Part shown: piece after piece, positions 28,424 through 38,943 of the stretch
Position numbering within the stretch: the stretch's first letter is position 1
Layout: each line of letters opens with the position of its first letter
Assembly: GCA_041178345.1 (NCBI GenBank)
Contig: JBEGVQ010000191.1
Location: forward strand, 2,823-66,822
Direction: 5' to 3'
Source of the DNA: Acidobacteriota bacterium
Lineage (GTDB): Bacteria; Acidobacteriota; Vicinamibacteria; Vicinamibacterales; UBA2999
DNA length: 64,000 nt
The notes under the pieces: model-generated
Seen by the model: only the letters and a program-made list of their open reading frames with translations
What the model was told of the DNA's origin: nothing
Databases searched by the model: none
Program-made: the position numbers and the translations under genes

Positions 28424-28686
28424 CTGCTGACGAACTTCTGCGCGGCGCGAAAGCCGGCGAGCCCGGCGATCACGTTGTCGGGGAAGGCTTCGAGGGCCGC
28501 GTTGTACGCCGTGGCGAGCTGGTTATAACGCGTGCCGTCGATGCCTGTCTCGCCAGCTTTCTCGCGGGCGTCCAGGGCCTTCCACTCGAGCAGGATCGCC
28601 CGGCGCAGGCGGTGCAGGCGGCGATAGACCGCCAGCCCCCACATGGCCAGGCCCGCGAGCAGCGCGAGGGTGAAAAGAACGTTCAC
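28420..28686 (-). CDS. Short LemA-like membrane protein
   Basis: GTG 28686 gives VNVLFTLALLAGLAMWGLAVY...YNQLATAYNAALEAFPDNVIAGLAGF, resembling the LemA C-terminal motif. GC3 is high. Start is uncertain. Confidence 0.5.
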   Translation of the reverse strand: MNVLFTLALLAGLAMWGLAVYRRLHRLRRAILLEWKALDAREKAGETGIDGTRYNQLATAYNAALEAFPDNVIAGLAGFRAAQKFVSS

Positions 28687-28702
28687 GGCTCGTGATTTCT
28701 TG

Positions 28703-29071
28703 TCATTTCTTGTCGTGGAAGTAGCTGTCGGTGCCGTCGAGCCAGTCCTGGCGGATGGGGCTGAAGATGTCCATCTCGAACGTGTCGTCGATGGCCTCGG
28801 CCTGGTGCGGCAGCCATGACGGGATGTGCAACACCTCGCCCTCGCGCACGGTGATCTCCTCACCGTTAATCACGAATCGCAGCCCGCCCTGCAGGACGTA
28901 GGTCATTTGCTCGCTTTCGTGCGAGTGCATGGGCACGAGCGCGCCACGCTTGAGGTAGATCTGGGTAACCATCTCGCGTTCGCCGGTGATGATCTTGCGG
29001 GAGATCATTTCGGTGACTTTTTCGAGCGCGATCTCGTCCCAGCGATAGAGGCGTACGGATGGTGTCGGCAT
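28703..29071 (-). CDS. Cupin-domain protein
   Basis: Start ATG 29071 ([13 protein letters not shown]). Carries [20 protein letters not shown]...[12 protein letters not shown] cupin motifs. The 421-aa track ORF is an over-extension. Confidence 0.8.
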   Translation of the reverse strand: MPTPSVRLYRWDEIALEKVTEMISRKIITGEREMVTQIYLKRGALVPMHSHESEQMTYVLQGGLRFVINGEEITVREGEVLHIPSWLPHQAEAIDDTFEMDIFSPIRQDWLDGTDSYFHDKK

Positions 29072-29103
29072 GCGTTTGGCGCGAATTATAGCATCTGGCC
29101 GGA

Positions 29104-29112
29104 TGGTATAAT
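29104..29112 (+). promoter_or_regulatory. Extended -10 element TGGTATAAT
   Basis: Ends 10 nt before ATG 29123 with no Shine-Dalgarno in between, implying a leaderless or near-leaderless mRNA. Confidence 0.35.
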
Positions 29113-29122
29113 TTGCGGCGAC

Positions 29123-31276
29123 ATGAAGGCTTCGACGCTGGCATCCAGACCCGATGCGCGCACGGCCCCGGCCGCCGGCGCCAACGCACCATGGGGCGGT
29201 CTCACACGCGATCAGCTGGTGCGGGCCTACCGTACGATGCTGTTGTCGCGCCGCATCGACGACAAGGAGATTCAGCTCAAGAACCAGAGCTTGATTTTCT
29301 TCCAGATCAGCGGTGCCGGCCACGAGGCGGTGCTGGTGGCGGCCGGCCTGCACCTGCGCGCCGGCTACGACTGGTTCTATCCGTACTATCGCGACCGCGC
29401 GCTGTGCCTGCAGCTCGGCATGACGCCGCTCGAGATGCTGCTGAGCGCCGTCGGCGCGAAGGACGATCCCAACTCCGGCGGCCGCCAGATGCCGTCGCAC
29501 TGGGGTCACACGGCGCTCAACATCCCCTCGCAGGGCAGCCCCACCGGGACCCAGTGCCTGCAGGCCGTCGGTGCCGGTGAGGCCGGCATGCTCTACGCGC
29601 GACTGGCCGACATCCCCGATCGCGACGAGCACTTCCACGCCGACGAGATCACCTACATGTCGATCGGCGAAGGCGCCACCAGCGAGGGCGAGTTCTGGGA
29701 AGCGCTGAACACCGCCTGCACCCGTAACGTGCCGGTGCTGTTCCTCGTCGAGGACAACGGCTATGCGATTTCGGTGCCGGTCGAGGTGCAGACCGCCGGC
29801 GGCGACATCGCAAAGCTGGTCGAGTCGTTCCCGAACCTCGAGGTCTTCCGCTGCGACGGCACCGACTTCGTCGAGAGCTACCGCACCCTGGGCGAGGCCG
29901 TCGCCCGCGTGCGCCGCGACCGCAAGCCGGCCTTCGTGCACGCGAAGGTGACCCGGCCGTACTCGCACTCGTTGTCAGACGACGAGCGGTTGTACAAGAC
30001 GCCGGAGGAACGCAAGGCCGAGGCGCTGCGCGACCCGCTGACCCGGATGCGGGCGTTCCTGCTGGCCGAGAAGCTGGCCACCGATGCCGACCTCAATGAG
30101 ATCGCGGCGTCGGTCGATCGCGAGCTCGCCGAGGCGACCGACGCGGCGCTCAAGGCGCCCAAGCCGGGGGTCGAGACCGCCGCTCACTTCGTGTTCTCGC
30201 CCGACGTGGATCCGGCCTCGTCTCGCTTCGAGACACCGGCCCATCCAGAGGGCAAGCCCGACACCATGGTGGCGGCCATCAACCGCACGCTCAATGACGA
30301 GATGACGAAGAACCCGCGCATTGTCGTGTTCGGCGAGGACGTCGCCGACGCGAGCAAGGTGGCGGCGCTGGCGCACGTGCCCGGCAAGGGCGGCGTCTTC
30401 AAGGTCACCCACGGCCTGCAGAAGGCCCACGGCCCCGATCGCGTCTTCAACTCACCCCTCGCCGAGGCCAACATCGTCGGCCGCGCGGTCGGCATGGCGA
30501 CCCGCGGCATCAAGCCGGTGGTCGAGATTCAGTTCTTCGACTATATCTGGCCGGCGATGATGCAGATCAAGGACGAGATGTCGATGCTGCGCTACCGCTC
30601 GGGCAACCACTGGTCGTGCCCGATGGTGCTGCGCGTGCCGATTGGCGGCTACCTGCGCGGCGGCGCGCCGTATCACAGCCAGTCGGGGGTCAGCATCTTT
30701 GCGCACTGCCCGGGCGTCCGGATTGTCTTTCCGAGCAACGCCGTGGATGCGGCGGGCCTGTTGCGCACGGCGATCCGCTGCGACGACCCGGTGCTGTACC
30801 TCGAGCACAAGCACCTCTATCGCCAGACCTACAACAAAGGCGCCTATCCTGGCGCCGAGTTCATGATTCCGTTCGGCAAGGGCTCGCTGCGCCGCGAGGG
30901 CACCGACCTGGTGGTGCTGACGTGGGGCGCGCTGGTGCAGCGCTCGCTGCTGGCGGCCCAGCAGGCCGAAAAAGACGGCATCAGCGTCGCGGTGTTCGAC
31001 CTGCGCACGATCATGCCGTACGACTGGGACGGGATTGCCGAGCTCGTGCGCAAGACCAGCCGGGTGATCATCGCGCACGAAGACACCCTGACGTGCGGCT
31101 TTGGCGCCGAGATCGCGGCCCGCATCAGCGACGAGCTGTTCGAGCATTTGGATGCGCCCGTCAAGCGGGTCGCCGCCATGGACTGCCCGGTCGCGTACTG
31201 CCCGGAACTCGAGGAGGTCATCCTGCCGCAGTCGGCGGATGTGCTGGCCGCCATCAAGGGTCTTGCGGCGTATTAG
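29123..31276 (+). CDS. Fused alpha/beta E1 component of a 2-oxoacid dehydrogenase (TPP-dependent)
   Basis: 717 aa from ATG 29123. The alpha part carries [10 protein letters not shown] and [16 protein letters not shown]. The beta part carries [13 protein letters not shown] and [12 protein letters not shown]. Confidence 0.9.
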   Translation: MKASTLASRPDARTAPAAGANAPWGGLTRDQLVRAYRTMLLSRRIDDKEIQLKNQSLIFFQISGAGHEAVLVAAGLHLRAGYDWFYPYYRDRALCLQLGMTPLEMLLSAVGAKDDPNSGGRQMPSHWGHTALNIPSQGSPTGTQCLQAVGAGEAGMLYARLADIPDRDEHFHADEITYMSIGEGATSEGEFWEALNTACTRNVPVLFLVEDNGYAISVPVEVQTAGGDIAKLVESFPNLEVFRCDGTDFVESYRTLGEAVARVRRDRKPAFVHAKVTRPYSHSLSDDERLYKTPEERKAEALRDPLTRMRAFLLAEKLATDADLNEIAASVDRELAEATDAALKAPKPGVETAAHFVFSPDVDPASSRFETPAHPEGKPDTMVAAINRTLNDEMTKNPRIVVFGEDVADASKVAALAHVPGKGGVFKVTHGLQKAHGPDRVFNSPLAEANIVGRAVGMATRGIKPVVEIQFFDYIWPAMMQIKDEMSMLRYRSGNHWSCPMVLRVPIGGYLRGGAPYHSQSGVSIFAHCPGVRIVFPSNAVDAAGLLRTAIRCDDPVLYLEHKHLYRQTYNKGAYPGAEFMIPFGKGSLRREGTDLVVLTWGALVQRSLLAAQQAEKDGISVAVFDLRTIMPYDWDGIAELVRKTSRVIIAHEDTLTCGFGAEIAARISDELFEHLDAPVKRVAAMDCPVAYCPELEEVILPQSADVLAAIKGLAAY

Positions 31277-32297
31277 CGCCACGGCCCTCGTTGTCCTGTT
31301 GGCCACGACGGCGGCACTGGGTGACCAGGCCGCCGTTCGTGTTTCACCCGGGCGCGTCGAGGTGCTGCGGTCGGTCAACACGCTGGCCCCGGACGTGGTC
31401 GGCCAGTTCCGCGAACCTCTCGGCTTCAAGCAAACCGCCAGCGGCGACTACTACGTCTTCGACCGGCGCGCGCATGCCGTGTACAGCGTCGGCGAGCAGG
31501 GCCGCACCAGCCGCAAGCTGGTGCAGATTGGCGCCGAGGACGGCCGCGTGATCGAACCGAGCGCGTTTGATGTCGCCAGCAACGGCAGCTTCGCGGTGGC
31601 CGATGCCCCCAATGGCCGCGAGCGGGTGCAGTTGTTCGACGCGGCCGGCATTCGGACCGGCGGGTTCCTGCTGCCGGGCCGCGGCGCGGCGCGCGTCGTG
31701 CTGGGCTCTCTCAGCCTCAACGGCGTGGGAACGCTCACCTACACCGGCCGATCGATCGTGATGAGCCAGCCCGACTCAGGCTGGCTGATCACCGAGTACG
31801 GGCTCGCGGGGACACCGACCCGGACGATCGGCCAATTGCGGCGTACCGGCCACGAATCCGATCGCCAGCTGCACCTGGCGCTGAACGCGGGCATTCCCAT
31901 TCCCAATCCGGCGGGCGGCTTCTACTTCGTCTTCATGGCCGGCGCGCCGGCGTTCCGCAAGTACGACGCCGCCGGCGAGCTGGTCTATGAGCGTGCCATC
32001 CAGGGCCGCGAGATCGACCCCGTGGTCCAGGCGCTGCCCACCCGCTGGCCGCGCCGGGTGGCCGGAGACGGCGAGCTGCCGATGGTGGCGCCGACGGTGC
32101 GCACGGCGGCGGTCGATGGCGCGGGCCGCCTGTGGGTGTCGTTCGTGGTGCCGTATACCTACGTCTACGACAGCGACGGCGAGAAGGCGCGGACGGTACA
32201 GTTTCGCGGCGCCGGCCTAATCGCACCCACAAGCCTGGCGTTTTCTTCGCAAGGCCACCTGCTGATCACGCCCGGGTGCTACGAGTTTGCGCCCTAG
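31239..32297 (+). CDS. Exported beta-propeller-like (NHL-like) protein
   Basis: Hydrophobic N-terminus ([17 protein letters not shown]) and repeated beta-strand motifs ([32 protein letters not shown]). The start is ambiguous (ATG 31239 or TTG 31263). Confidence 0.5.
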   Translation: MCWPPSRVLRRISATALVVLLATTAALGDQAAVRVSPGRVEVLRSVNTLAPDVVGQFREPLGFKQTASGDYYVFDRRAHAVYSVGEQGRTSRKLVQIGAEDGRVIEPSAFDVASNGSFAVADAPNGRERVQLFDAAGIRTGGFLLPGRGAARVVLGSLSLNGVGTLTYTGRSIVMSQPDSGWLITEYGLAGTPTRTIGQLRRTGHESDRQLHLALNAGIPIPNPAGGFYFVFMAGAPAFRKYDAAGELVYERAIQGREIDPVVQALPTRWPRRVAGDGELPMVAPTVRTAAVDGAGRLWVSFVVPYTYVYDSDGEKARTVQFRGAGLIAPTSLAFSSQGHLLITPGCYEFAP

Positions 32298-32336
32298 ATC
32301 TCGGCCGGGCTACAATCGCTGGCTGGGTATTTGACG

Positions 32337-33377
32337 ATGAGGCACGGTAAGACACGCGCGTGGTGGTTGATACTTCTGGCCGTCGCGCTGACGGCCGGTG
32401 CCGTAAGCGGCTGCAGCAGCAGCCCAACGGCCCCCACTCCGGCTCCCACTCCCACCCCCGCGCCGACGCCCGCGCCCACGCCGGATCCTGATCCGCCGAC
32501 GTTAACCTGTCCGGAGCCGGTAACCGCGAGTACGGCCGCCGCCACGGGTACGACTGTGACTTTTGCGGCGCCAACGGTAACGGCCGGCAAGGAGCCCGTA
32601 ACCGTTGCCTGTACGCCCGCATCGGGGAGCAACTTTCCGATCGGTATGACGCAGGTGGCCTGCACGGCCACCGACGCGCTCGCCAGAACCGGATCGTGCT
32701 CGTTCAACGTCACCGTGACCCGCATCCCGACTCTCTCGCTGACCAGCTTCCTGGCGTTCGGCGACAGCATCACCGCCGGCGAGGTTGGCGTGCCGCTCAG
32801 CAGCGCCACCGGCCTGTCCGGGCTCGGCGCCGTTAAACAGGTCGTGGTGCCTTCGGCGTCGTATCCGACGCAGCTCCTGGGCCTGATGAGGGCGCGCTAC
32901 ACCTTGCAGGTGCCGAGCCTTACCGTCGCCAACGCCGGCCTGTCCGGCGAGAGGGCAGAGGACGCCGTGGTCCGCTTCGCCCAGGTCGTCGCCGCACAGC
33001 GACCGCAGGTCGTGCTGCTGATGCATGGTTACAACAACATCAGCAACACCTCGACGCTGACAGCCACGGCGCTGCAAGTGAACAACATGGCGGCCGAAGG
33101 ACGCAATCGAAACGCCCGCGTCTTCATCGCCGCGCTGGCACCCTCGCGGCCCGGACTCCGGTCGTCGATTCCCAACACCGCAGTCCAGGCGTACAACGAT
33201 CGTCTTCGCGAAGTCGCGCGAGGTGAGGGCGCGGTCTTCGTCGATCTGTACGGCGCGATGATTGCGGGCGTCGAGACCTACATTGGCAGCGACGGCCTCC
33301 ACCCCACCGAGGCTGGGTATCGGAAGATGGCCGAGACGTTCCTGTCCGCGATCCAGGCCAGCCTCGAGGTTAGGTAG
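32337..33377 (+). CDS. Lipoprotein with PT-rich linker, HYR-like Ig domain and SGNH/GDSL hydrolase domain
   Basis: Lipobox LTAGAVSGC and linker PTPAPTPTPAPTPAPTPDPDPP. The segment LTCPEPVTAS...CTATDALARTGSCSFNVTV is HYR-like. Carries FGDSITAGE (block I) and DGLHPT (block V). Confidence 0.8.
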   Translation: MRHGKTRAWWLILLAVALTAGAVSGCSSSPTAPTPAPTPTPAPTPAPTPDPDPPTLTCPEPVTASTAAATGTTVTFAAPTVTAGKEPVTVACTPASGSNFPIGMTQVACTATDALARTGSCSFNVTVTRIPTLSLTSFLAFGDSITAGEVGVPLSSATGLSGLGAVKQVVVPSASYPTQLLGLMRARYTLQVPSLTVANAGLSGERAEDAVVRFAQVVAAQRPQVVLLMHGYNNISNTSTLTATALQVNNMAAEGRNRNARVFIAALAPSRPGLRSSIPNTAVQAYNDRLREVARGEGAVFVDLYGAMIAGVETYIGSDGLHPTEAGYRKMAETFLSAIQASLEVR

Positions 33378-33388
33378 AGCCGGCTCAG

Positions 33389-33436
33389 TTGACATCCGTC
33401 ACTGCCCAACCGAGAATGAATGAATGTTCATTCATT
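33389..33436 (+). promoter_or_regulatory. Promoter plus FadR-box-like palindromic operator
   Basis: TTGACA (33389-33394), a 17-nt spacer, then GAGAAT (33412-33417). The palindrome AATGAATGAA-tg-TTCATTCATT lies at 33415-33436. Confidence 0.55.
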
Positions 33437-34073
33437 GGCGGCCATGGCGGTAGCGGCGCGGCGGCTCACCGCCGTCAAGCCGGCCGGCGCCACCGCCAAG
33501 CGCGACCTGATCCTGCGGGCGGCCACCCGCGTGTTCGCGCAGAACGGCTTCTTCCAGTCGCAGGTCGCTGATGTCGCCAAGGTGGCGGGCGTCGCGGCCG
33601 GCACCGTCTACCTGTATTTCAAGGGCAAGGACGACCTGCTCGTGTCGATCTTCGAGCGCTCGATGCGCGAGGTGATTGCCGAAGGCCGCGCCGCCGTTGA
33701 CGGCGTCAGCGACCCGGCCGCGCGGCTGCGGCGCATCGCGCACCTGCACCTCGGCCGGCTCGGCCGCAATCGGGACCTGGCGGTGGTCTTCCAGGTGGAA
33801 CTGCGGCAATCGGTGAAGTTCATGGAGCGCTTCTCCGCCACCTTCCTGCAGGACTACCTGAAGCTGATTCGCGACGCGATTGCCGATGGCCAGCAGGCCG
33901 GCGTGTTTCGCAAGGACGTCAGCCCCACCACCGCCACCAAGATCTTCTTCGGGGCCCTCGACGAAATGGCCACCAACTGGATGTTGAGCCGCCGGAAATA
34001 CGACCTCGCCGCGGAAGCCGACGCGGTGGTGGACCTGTTCATCAACGGGCTCGGGAGGCCGCACACGCGATGA
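33420..34073 (+). CDS. fadR: TetR-family regulator, FadR(YsiA)-like
   Basis: 217 aa with HTH RDLILRAATRVFAQNGFFQSQVADVAKVAGVAAGTVYLYFKGKDDLL. It heads a beta-oxidation operon. The start could instead be ATG 33444. Confidence 0.85.
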   Translation: MNVHSLAAMAVAARRLTAVKPAGATAKRDLILRAATRVFAQNGFFQSQVADVAKVAGVAAGTVYLYFKGKDDLLVSIFERSMREVIAEGRAAVDGVSDPAARLRRIAHLHLGRLGRNRDLAVVFQVELRQSVKFMERFSATFLQDYLKLIRDAIADGQQAGVFRKDVSPTTATKIFFGALDEMATNWMLSRRKYDLAAEADAVVDLFINGLGRPHTR

Positions 34074-36382
34074 TCCCCATCAACTCCGTGACCGTGCTCG
34101 GGGCCGGCACCATGGGCGCCCAGATCGCCCTGCACTGTGCCAATGCCGGCATTCCCGTCCTGCTGCTGGACCTCACCCCCGAACTGGCGCGCCAGGGCCT
34201 CGACAAGGCCCGTAAGCTGAAGCCGGATCCGCAGTTCACGCCGGAGGCCCACACGCTGGTCACCACCGGCGGCTTTGAGGCCGGCCTCGACCAGATTGGC
34301 ACCTCCGACTGGATCATGGAGGCGGTGATCGAGCGGCTCGACGTCAAGCAGCAGCTGCTGGCGCGCGTGGACGAGAAGCGGCGGCCCGGCTCGATCGTGA
34401 GTACCAACACCTCGGGTATTCCGATCGCCGCGCTCGCCGAGGGCCGGTCCGACGACTTCCGCCGGCACTGGATCGGCACGCACTTCTTCAATCCCCCGCG
34501 CTACCTGCGATTGCTCGAGATCATCCCCACCGCCGAGACCGATCCCGCGGTCGTGGCGGCGGTCACGCGGTTTGGCGACCACCGGCTCGGCAAGGGCGTG
34601 GTGGTGGCCAAGGACACGCCGAACTTCATCGGCAACCACATCGCCCTGTACGGCGTGGCGCGCACGCTCGAAGCGCTCGCCACGGGCAAGTACACGATCG
34701 AGGAAATCGATGCGATCACCGGTCCGGCGCTGGGCCGTCCCGGCAGCGCGACGTTCAGGACCATGGACATCGCGGGCCTCGACGTCCTCGCGCACGTGCT
34801 GCGCAACCTGAACGAGCGGCTCGAGAGCGTTGCCGACCGCGCCGCGTTCGCGGTGCCCGCCCTGGTCGATGAACTGATCAAGCGGGGGCAACTCGGCGAG
34901 AAGACTGGCAAGGGGTTTTACGAGCGCCGCAAGAACGACAAGGGTGAAAGCGAGATCTGGACCCTCGATCCGGCGACGTTCACGTATCGGGCCAAGCAGT
35001 CGGCGCGGATCGCCTCGATCGAGGCGGGCCGAACGATCGACGACCTGGCCGAGCGCGTGCGCGCGTTGTTCAATGCCAGGGATAAGGCCGGCGAGTTCCT
35101 GCGCGCCACCCTCGCGCCGACGCTCGTCTACACGGCCCGGGTCACGCCGGCGATCGCCCATTCGATTGACGATGTCGATCGGGTCATGCGGTGGGGCTTT
35201 GGCTGGGACCTGGGTCCATTCGAGCTGTTCGATATCATCGGCGTGCGCGAGGTCCTCGCGGCGGCCGAGGCGGCCGGTGGCCATGCCATGGCCGGGGGCG
35301 TCCCGCCGCTCATTGCCAGCATGCTCGACGGCGGCCTCACCCGCTTCCGCGAGGGCGCCGTCAAGCCGGCCGCCGCCGACCTGCAGATCCTGCGGACGGC
35401 GAAGGAGCAGGGGCACGTCATCAAGAAGAATGCCGGGGCCAGCCTGGTCGATCTCGGCGACGGGGTCGTGGCGGTCGAGTTCCACTCGAAGATGAATGCG
35501 ATCGGCGCCGACACGGTGCAGATGCTGCACGCGGGCGTGAAGGAAGCCGCCAAGACCGGCCAGGCCCTGGTGGTTGGCAACGACGCGCCCAACTTCTCGG
35601 CCGGCGCCAATCTCATGCTGGTACTGCTCGAGGCCCAGGACGGCAACTGGGACGAGATTGACATGATGATCCGCGCCTTCCAGCAGGCCACTATGGCGCT
35701 GCGCTACAGCCCGGTGCCCGTGGTGGTCGCACCAGCGGGCCTGACGCTCGGTGGTGGCGCCGAGATCGCCTTGCACGGCGACCGCGTGCAGGCCGCGGCT
35801 GAAACTTACATGGGCCTGGTCGAGGTCGGCGTCGGGCTGATCCCCGGCGGTGGCGGCACCAAGGAGATGACCGCGCGGGCGATGGCCGAACTGCCGACGC
35901 CGCAGAGCGATCCGTTGCCCTACATCCAGAGGGCTTTCGAGACGATGGCCCTGGGCAAGGTCTCGACCAGTGGTCCCGAGGCCCGTCGCCTCGGCTACCT
36001 GGCGGTGACCGACGGCATCTCGATGAACCGCGAACGGCTGATGGCCGATGCCAAGTCCAAGGCGCTCGAGCGCGTGCGCGAGGGCTACCGCGCGCCGGCG
36101 CCGCGCACCGCGATCCCGGTGGGCGGCGAATCGGTCACCGCGGCCCTCAACCTCGGCGTGCACTTGATGTGGCGCGCCGGCCGCGCCAGCGATCACGACG
36201 CCCTAGTCGGCCGCAAGCTCGCGCACATCATGGGCGGCGGCGACCTGCCGCACGCCACGACGGTCAGCGAGCAGTATCTGCTGGATCTCGAGCGCGAGGC
36301 GTTCATGAGCCTGGTCGGTGAGCGCAAGACGCTGGAACGCATCCAGCACACGCTCAAGACCGGCAAGCCGCTGAGGAACTAA
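34070..36382 (+). CDS. fadN: 3-hydroxyacyl-CoA dehydrogenase / enoyl-CoA hydratase fusion (FadN type)
   Basis: 770 aa with N-terminal VLGAGTMGAQIA NAD fold and a C-terminal crotonase-like half. Confidence 0.92.
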   Translation: MIPINSVTVLGAGTMGAQIALHCANAGIPVLLLDLTPELARQGLDKARKLKPDPQFTPEAHTLVTTGGFEAGLDQIGTSDWIMEAVIERLDVKQQLLARVDEKRRPGSIVSTNTSGIPIAALAEGRSDDFRRHWIGTHFFNPPRYLRLLEIIPTAETDPAVVAAVTRFGDHRLGKGVVVAKDTPNFIGNHIALYGVARTLEALATGKYTIEEIDAITGPALGRPGSATFRTMDIAGLDVLAHVLRNLNERLESVADRAAFAVPALVDELIKRGQLGEKTGKGFYERRKNDKGESEIWTLDPATFTYRAKQSARIASIEAGRTIDDLAERVRALFNARDKAGEFLRATLAPTLVYTARVTPAIAHSIDDVDRVMRWGFGWDLGPFELFDIIGVREVLAAAEAAGGHAMAGGVPPLIASMLDGGLTRFREGAVKPAAADLQILRTAKEQGHVIKKNAGASLVDLGDGVVAVEFHSKMNAIGADTVQMLHAGVKEAAKTGQALVVGNDAPNFSAGANLMLVLLEAQDGNWDEIDMMIRAFQQATMALRYSPVPVVVAPAGLTLGGGAEIALHGDRVQAAAETYMGLVEVGVGLIPGGGGTKEMTARAMAELPTPQSDPLPYIQRAFETMALGKVSTSGPEARRLGYLAVTDGISMNRERLMADAKSKALERVREGYRAPAPRTAIPVGGESVTAALNLGVHLMWRAGRASDHDALVGRKLAHIMGGGDLPHATTVSEQYLLDLEREAFMSLVGERKTLERIQHTLKTGKPLRN

Positions 36383-36384
36383 GG

Positions 36385-37167
36385 GTGATTGATGTCGGCA
36401 CCGGATCACCGATCGTGCTCATCCCCGGCCTGCAGGGCCGCTGGGAGTGGATGCGTCCGGCCGTCGAGGCGCTGGCGCGGCATCATCGCGTGATCTCGTT
36501 CTCGCTCTGCGACGAGAGGACCAGCCCGTTCCCGTGTGATCCGGCCAAGGCCTTCGACAACTACGTCGCCCAGGTCGGAACCGCCATGGACCGGGCGGGA
36601 CTGTCGCAGGCCGCCATTGTCGGTGTCTCGTACGGCGGGTTGATTGCGGTGGAGTTCAGCGCGCGGCATGCCGCGCGCGTCTCGTCGCTCGTGCTGGCCT
36701 CGGCCCTGCACAGCGGATGGCAGCCAAACGAGACCCAGCGTCGCTACCTGAGCGCACCGCGCTTGATGAGCCCGATGTTCGTCGTCACGGCACCGGGCCG
36801 AATGCATCCGGAAGTGACGGCGGCGATTCCGAAGATCGGCGCGCGGCTCAGGTTCATGGCCGGCCAGGGTGCGCGCATCGCGATGGCGCCGGCCTCGCCA
36901 ACGCTGATGGCGCGGCGGGTGGCGTGGGCCTCAGGCCACCACTTTGCGGATTTGCGTACGATCCGGGCACGGACGCTGGTCATGACCGGCGAGGCCGGAC
37001 TCGACCAGGTGGTCCCGGTGCAGGTGACCGAGCAGTACATGCAAGAGTTGCAGTCGGCGCAGCGGGTGGTGCTCGAACGCACCGGTCACATCGGCCTGGT
37101 GACGCGGCCCGACACGTTCGCGGAGATTCTTGGAAGGTTTGTGGATGACACCCGAATTCCTGCGTGA
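36385..37167 (+). CDS. Alpha/beta-fold hydrolase
   Basis: 260 aa with nucleophile elbow GVSYGG and C-terminal RTGHIG (His). Confidence 0.8.
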   Translation: MIDVGTGSPIVLIPGLQGRWEWMRPAVEALARHHRVISFSLCDERTSPFPCDPAKAFDNYVAQVGTAMDRAGLSQAAIVGVSYGGLIAVEFSARHAARVSSLVLASALHSGWQPNETQRRYLSAPRLMSPMFVVTAPGRMHPEVTAAIPKIGARLRFMAGQGARIAMAPASPTLMARRVAWASGHHFADLRTIRARTLVMTGEAGLDQVVPVQVTEQYMQELQSAQRVVLERTGHIGLVTRPDTFAEILGRFVDDTRIPA

Positions 37168-37768
37168 AATTCCCGGGCCCGCCGGCCCGCTCGAAGCGCT
37201 GCTGGACGAGCCGGACGGCGCGCCGCGGGCGGTGGCCGTGTTCGGCCACCCGCATCCGCTGCACGGCGGCACCATGCACACCAAGGCGCTGTACCAGGCC
37301 GCCAAGGCCATGCCGCGCATTGGCGTCGCCGCCTTGCGCTTCAACTTTCGGGGTGTCGGCCGCAGCGCCGGGACGTTCGACTCGGGCGCAGGTGAAAAGG
37401 CCGACTTCACGGCCGCCCTCGATTTCGTGGCCGCTCGCTTCCCCGGCCTCCCGATCTGGGCTGCGGGCATGTCGTTCGGATCGTGGATTGCCATGACCGT
37501 CGGCGCAGGGGATCCACGCGTGTCGTTGCTGCTCGGCATTGCCCCGCCCGTCGATCGCTACGACTTCGGCGTGCTGACCACCTGCACGCTGCCCAAGTTC
37601 ATCATCCACGGCGACGACGATGAACTGATTTCGATCAAGGAGGTCCGCAAGTTTTACGGGCAGGTCCCTGAACCGAAAGAGTTGATCACCATCGAAGATG
37701 CCAACCACTTGTTCGAGATGAAGACGTCGCTCGTCGGCGATGCCGTCGAAGGACTGTTGGCCGAATAG
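37145..37768 (+). CDS. Alpha/beta-fold hydrolase (short, single-domain)
   Basis: ATG 37145 ([14 protein letters not shown]). Carries elbow [14 protein letters not shown] and ANHLF. Confidence 0.75.
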   Translation: MTPEFLREIPGPAGPLEALLDEPDGAPRAVAVFGHPHPLHGGTMHTKALYQAAKAMPRIGVAALRFNFRGVGRSAGTFDSGAGEKADFTAALDFVAARFPGLPIWAAGMSFGSWIAMTVGAGDPRVSLLLGIAPPVDRYDFGVLTTCTLPKFIIHGDDDELISIKEVRKFYGQVPEPKELITIEDANHLFEMKTSLVGDAVEGLLAE

Positions 37769-37770
37769 GA

Positions 37771-38943
37771 ATGACCATGCAGGATGCCGTCATCGTTTCC
37801 GCCGTTCGCACCGCCGTCGGCAAGGCGCCCAGGGGCACCCTCAGCGTGATGCGCCCAGACGAACTGGCCGCCTCCGCCATCACGGGCGCCCTGGCCCGCA
37901 TCCCCGGATTCGACGTCGCGGCGATCGACGATGTGATCCTCGGGTGCGCGATGCCGGAAGGCGAACAGGGCCTGAACGTGGCCCGCATTGCCAGCCTGCG
38001 CGCGGGCATTCCGGTCGAGGCCTCAGCCGTCACGGTGAATCGCTTCTGCTCGTCGGGCCTCCAGGCCATTGCCTACGGCGCCGAGCGCATCATGCTGGGC
38101 CAGGGGCAGGCCGCCGTGGCCGGCGGCACCGAATCCATGAGCATGGTACCGATGGGCGGCAACAAGGTGTCGCCCAACCCGGCGCTGGTGGCGACCTACC
38201 CTGATGTCTACCTGAGCACGGGTCTCGTGGCCGAGAACCACGCTCGCGAATCGAAGGTGTCGCGCGAAGCGCAGGACCAGTTCGCGCTGCGCAGCCATCA
38301 GCGCGCGATCGCCGCCATCGACGCGGGCCGGTTCAAGGATGAAATTGTGCCGCTGACGGTTCGCATCGTCAGTGGCGCGCCCACGGTCCGGGCACTGGTC
38401 TTCGACACGGATGAGGGCCCGCGGCGTGACACCTCGATCGAGGCGCTGGCGAAACTGCGGCCGGCCTTCCATGTGAGCGGCACGGTCACCGCCGGCAACT
38501 CGTCGCAGATGAGCGACGGCGCGGCGGCCGTGATCGTCACCTCCGCGGCGTTGGCGAAGGAACGTGGACTCACGCCGCTGGCGCGGTTCGTCGGCTACGC
38601 CACCGCCGGGGTCAAGCCCGAACTGTTCGGCATCGGTCCCGTGCCGGCGATTCGCAAGGTCTTGAAGCTGACCGGGCTGACGCTGGACCAGATCGACCTG
38701 ATCGAATTGAACGAGGCCTTCGCCTCGCAGGCGCTGGCATGCATGAACGAGCTGGGCATGGATCCCGACAAGGTCAACGTCAACGGCGGCGCCATTGCCC
38801 TGGGCCACCCATTGGGATGCACCGGCGGCAAGCTGACGGCAACCCTGATACACGAGTTGCATCGCCGCCAGGCGCGGTACGGATTGGTCACGATGTGCGT
38901 GGGTGGCGGCATGGGCGCCGCGGGAATTTTCGAAAGAATGTAG
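37771..38943 (+). CDS. fadA: Acetyl-CoA C-acyltransferase (thiolase)
   Basis: 390 aa with [10 protein letters not shown] (active-site Cys) and [15 protein letters not shown]. Confidence 0.95.
   Translation: MTMQDAVIVSAVRTAVGKAPRGTLSVMRPDELAASAITGALARIPGFDVAAIDDVILGCAMPEGEQGLNVARIASLRAGIPVEASAVTVNRFCSSGLQAIAYGAERIMLGQGQAAVAGGTESMSMVPMGGNKVSPNPALVATYPDVYLSTGLVAENHARESKVSREAQDQFALRSHQRAIAAIDAGRFKDEIVPLTVRIVSGAPTVRALVFDTDEGPRRDTSIEALAKLRPAFHVSGTVTAGNSSQMSDGAAAVIVTSAALAKERGLTPLARFVGYATAGVKPELFGIGPVPAIRKVLKLTGLTLDQIDLIELNEAFASQALACMNELGMDPDKVNVNGGAIALGHPLGCTGGKLTATLIHELHRRQARYGLVTMCVGGGMGAAGIFERM

Noticed and set aside
28703-29968. Over-extended ORFs: 421 aa (cupin), 816 aa (E1, 28826..), 518 aa (beta-lactamase, 43244..), 430 aa (CMD, ..46107), 510 aa (PLP enzyme, ..46838) and 455 aa (ftsA).
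   Set aside because: Homology and signal peptides begin at internal starts that have better context. The N-terminal extensions are low-complexity and overlap neighbouring genes.
32430-32500. Repetitive nucleotide tract (CCCACTCC/GCGCCGACGCC units) that could be mistaken for a repeat array.
   Set aside because: It encodes the in-frame PTPAPTPTPAPTPAPTPDPDPP linker of the HYR-SGNH lipoprotein. It has no spacer/repeat organisation, and no CRISPR-like array exists anywhere in the window.
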